Assembly (NCBI GenBank): GCA_036172245.1
Contig: JAYWIR010000021.1
Coordinates: forward strand, 2,356,001-2,420,000
From: Raillietiella orientalis
Lineage: Eukaryota
Direction of reading: 5' to 3'
Length of the DNA: 64,000 bases
The position numbers and the translations under genes were made by a program. Under the pieces are notes generated by a model, which was given only the letters and a program-made list of their open reading frames with translations, had not been told where the DNA came from and made no database searches. Positions 62,000 through 64,000 of this stretch are shown piece by piece (position 1 is the first letter of the stretch; each line of letters begins with the position of its first letter).

Positions 62000-64000
62000 C
62001 CTTCCTTCAGGTTTCTCCGGGAGATTCTCCCCAATCAGGATCGTGTAAGGATGGGGAAAACGGATAAGAATTGCAGCGAGCCCAGGGGCAGCTTCACCCT
62101 TGTCCCGACGCGCATACGATCGAGAAGAAAGATGCGTTCTGGAAACGGACGGAGCGCTCCCAGAAGATGTGACTCGCGGGCGTTGCCTTTCCTGCTGGAT
62201 CGCGGCCCTCGAGATCGACTGGCGCTTGCATCAACGGCAGGGGTTTCCTCTCTCCCCCCTTCTCCGCTATCCCGGAAGAAAACAGCGGGTTTGGGATGGG
62301 AGGAAGAGCAAATGTGAGCGCCTCTGCCAGAGCTGCGTGGCACTGCCTTTCCTGAAGAAAATCCCATATCTTAGTCGACAGTCTGATGACAGTCAAAAAG
62401 GGAATGGGATCCGTGGAGAAGGGGAATTAAGGATGAAGAGGGTACCTAGGATGTTATTTTTCGAAAAAGTCTCCCTTTTGCTTCCAGGAAACCTCTTGCT
62501 CAGATGATGAGTCTTCACAGGTCTTCTCAGGTCTTCACAGGTGCTGAATTCCTTTTCCTCTTTTCGGGAACGCACAACCGCAGTCCCACAAAGCCTACTT
62601 GGGCTCATCACATGAAGCAGAGACGAAAACTTGACTGGAAGCTCACCCTATCTGCCTCTCCTTTTTCTCAAAGAAGTGATCTCCATTTCCCTCCCCTTTC
62701 CACCCTACGACTGCAAGGGCAGTGGCAGGGTCACAGTAATTAGGTCTATCTCCGAGAAGCGAGGTGCGGCGATCTCCTGCGGTGCTGCCGTCGCCGAGGA
62801 GACGAGTTCAATCTGGTGCGGCTCGGATTGCACGCTGCCACTCAGCACAAACACTTCCGCAGCTTCGCTCGTCTTCCAAGTCTCCAGCGAGGGAGCGGTG
62901 TCGCTTCCCGGGGGAGGAGTCTTCATGGGACATGGAAGATGCATTTGAGAGGCACATGAAGAGCGGAGAAGAGTACGAAACTTAGAGGGAATTTCTGTTG
63001 AAGACCTACATGGAATGCTTCGGATCGGAGGACAGGTGGTCCCACCCGGGAGAGAGCTCACTTGAGGATGCGAGTCCTGCCCAAGGAAAGAGGCGGAAGT
63101 CGAGGAAGGGAGCGAGCTCCCCACGTGCAGATGCAAAGCTGGCATCCTGGTGGGCACACTCGCAAAGCTTAGAGGCTTTGCAACCCAGGCGAGGGGATGC
63201 GAGAAAAGGAGCAGAGTTCATCCGGCCCAGGAAGCAGCTAATGGCTTCTTCCAGAATTCGTTGGATTCAAAGAGTACCTGCAGGGCGCCAGCCGCCTCAA
63301 CCTCGGCTAAGGAGGAAGAAGCAGATGCTCTTCTGAAGAAGCTCTGAGATGTACCCGAGCTGCTGTACCATGACAAAACATTCAGGGAACCCCGTAGGAG
63401 CATCGTAAGTAAGTTCCAGACGATTTACATCCACCTCTTCACTTCGAGGTGAAGGTCAGAACGCCACTTGCGAGCACACGAGAATGGAGTGAGGAGGGAG
63501 GGGAAGGGAAGAGGAAAATCCTCTAACGAGAGAGCAATCAGAAGACAACGAAGATCACCAGCGGAACAGAGGGTCCATGAGTTGGCGGAGGCAAGGCATG
63601 GGGATACTTCGACGAGGCGAGGGATCGCAAAGGAAGAGGATAACCCTCCTGCGGAGTGGTCTCCTTTTATCCTTCCGAGACGGGATGCCCTAGATTCTTC
63701 CTCCACTCTCGGGCTCTTCGACACTCTCTCGCCTTCTTGAGCATCCCAAGAAACTCCCGTCTGAAAAGCAGCAGCCAATCAAGGAAAGCGATCGGATCGA
63801 AAAGATCCGTTCTGACGCCGGAAGGAGCTCTGTTTGCATTCCCCTATCATCCGATCGGGCTGCGTTGGCGCGCAAACACGGGCATCTCGGAGTCCCGGCC
63901 AAGCCTGGAGCGCTCTCACGGTCGGCTCCGCTTCATGCGATGCTGGGGAGCAAAGTCGATTGAGGACGCTGCCGCGCCATCAATCAGGTCCGTTCCATCG
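62000..64000 (-). mobile_element. Decayed LINE endonuclease region, running off the window end
   Basis: Minus-strand IVWN (~63415), YISELLQK (~63345) and RFSEIDLITVTL (SDH.L-like; ORF 62705..63157). Confidence 0.5.

Overview
Eukaryotic (animal, probably arthropod-like) genomic DNA. The only intact protein-coding gene I can support is a six-exon AAGAB (alpha/gamma-adaptin-binding protein p34) orthologue on + (CDS 3316-7370). Its first three coding exons are AT-rich and CpG-depleted, and its last three are CpG-rich, with the switch inside intron 3. The remaining ~56 kb appears gene-poor and is packed with decayed non-LTR retrotransposons (L1/Tx1-like, RTE-like, CR1-like). About 13 of 16 orientable fragments lie antisense to AAGAB transcription, which resembles a uni-strand (flamenco-type) piRNA cluster or a long intron. 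The region also has five copies of a ~750-bp tRNA-derived SINE with a duplicated B-box and internal UUCG-hairpin repeats. A Tx1/L1-like LINE family has a covarying 3'-UTR stem-loop and ends in a GC-rich motif instead of poly(A); this end resembles the SINE 3' end. Most long ORFs in the supplied track are spurious or frameshifted TE remnants. Boundaries of decayed elements are approximate and were read by eye.
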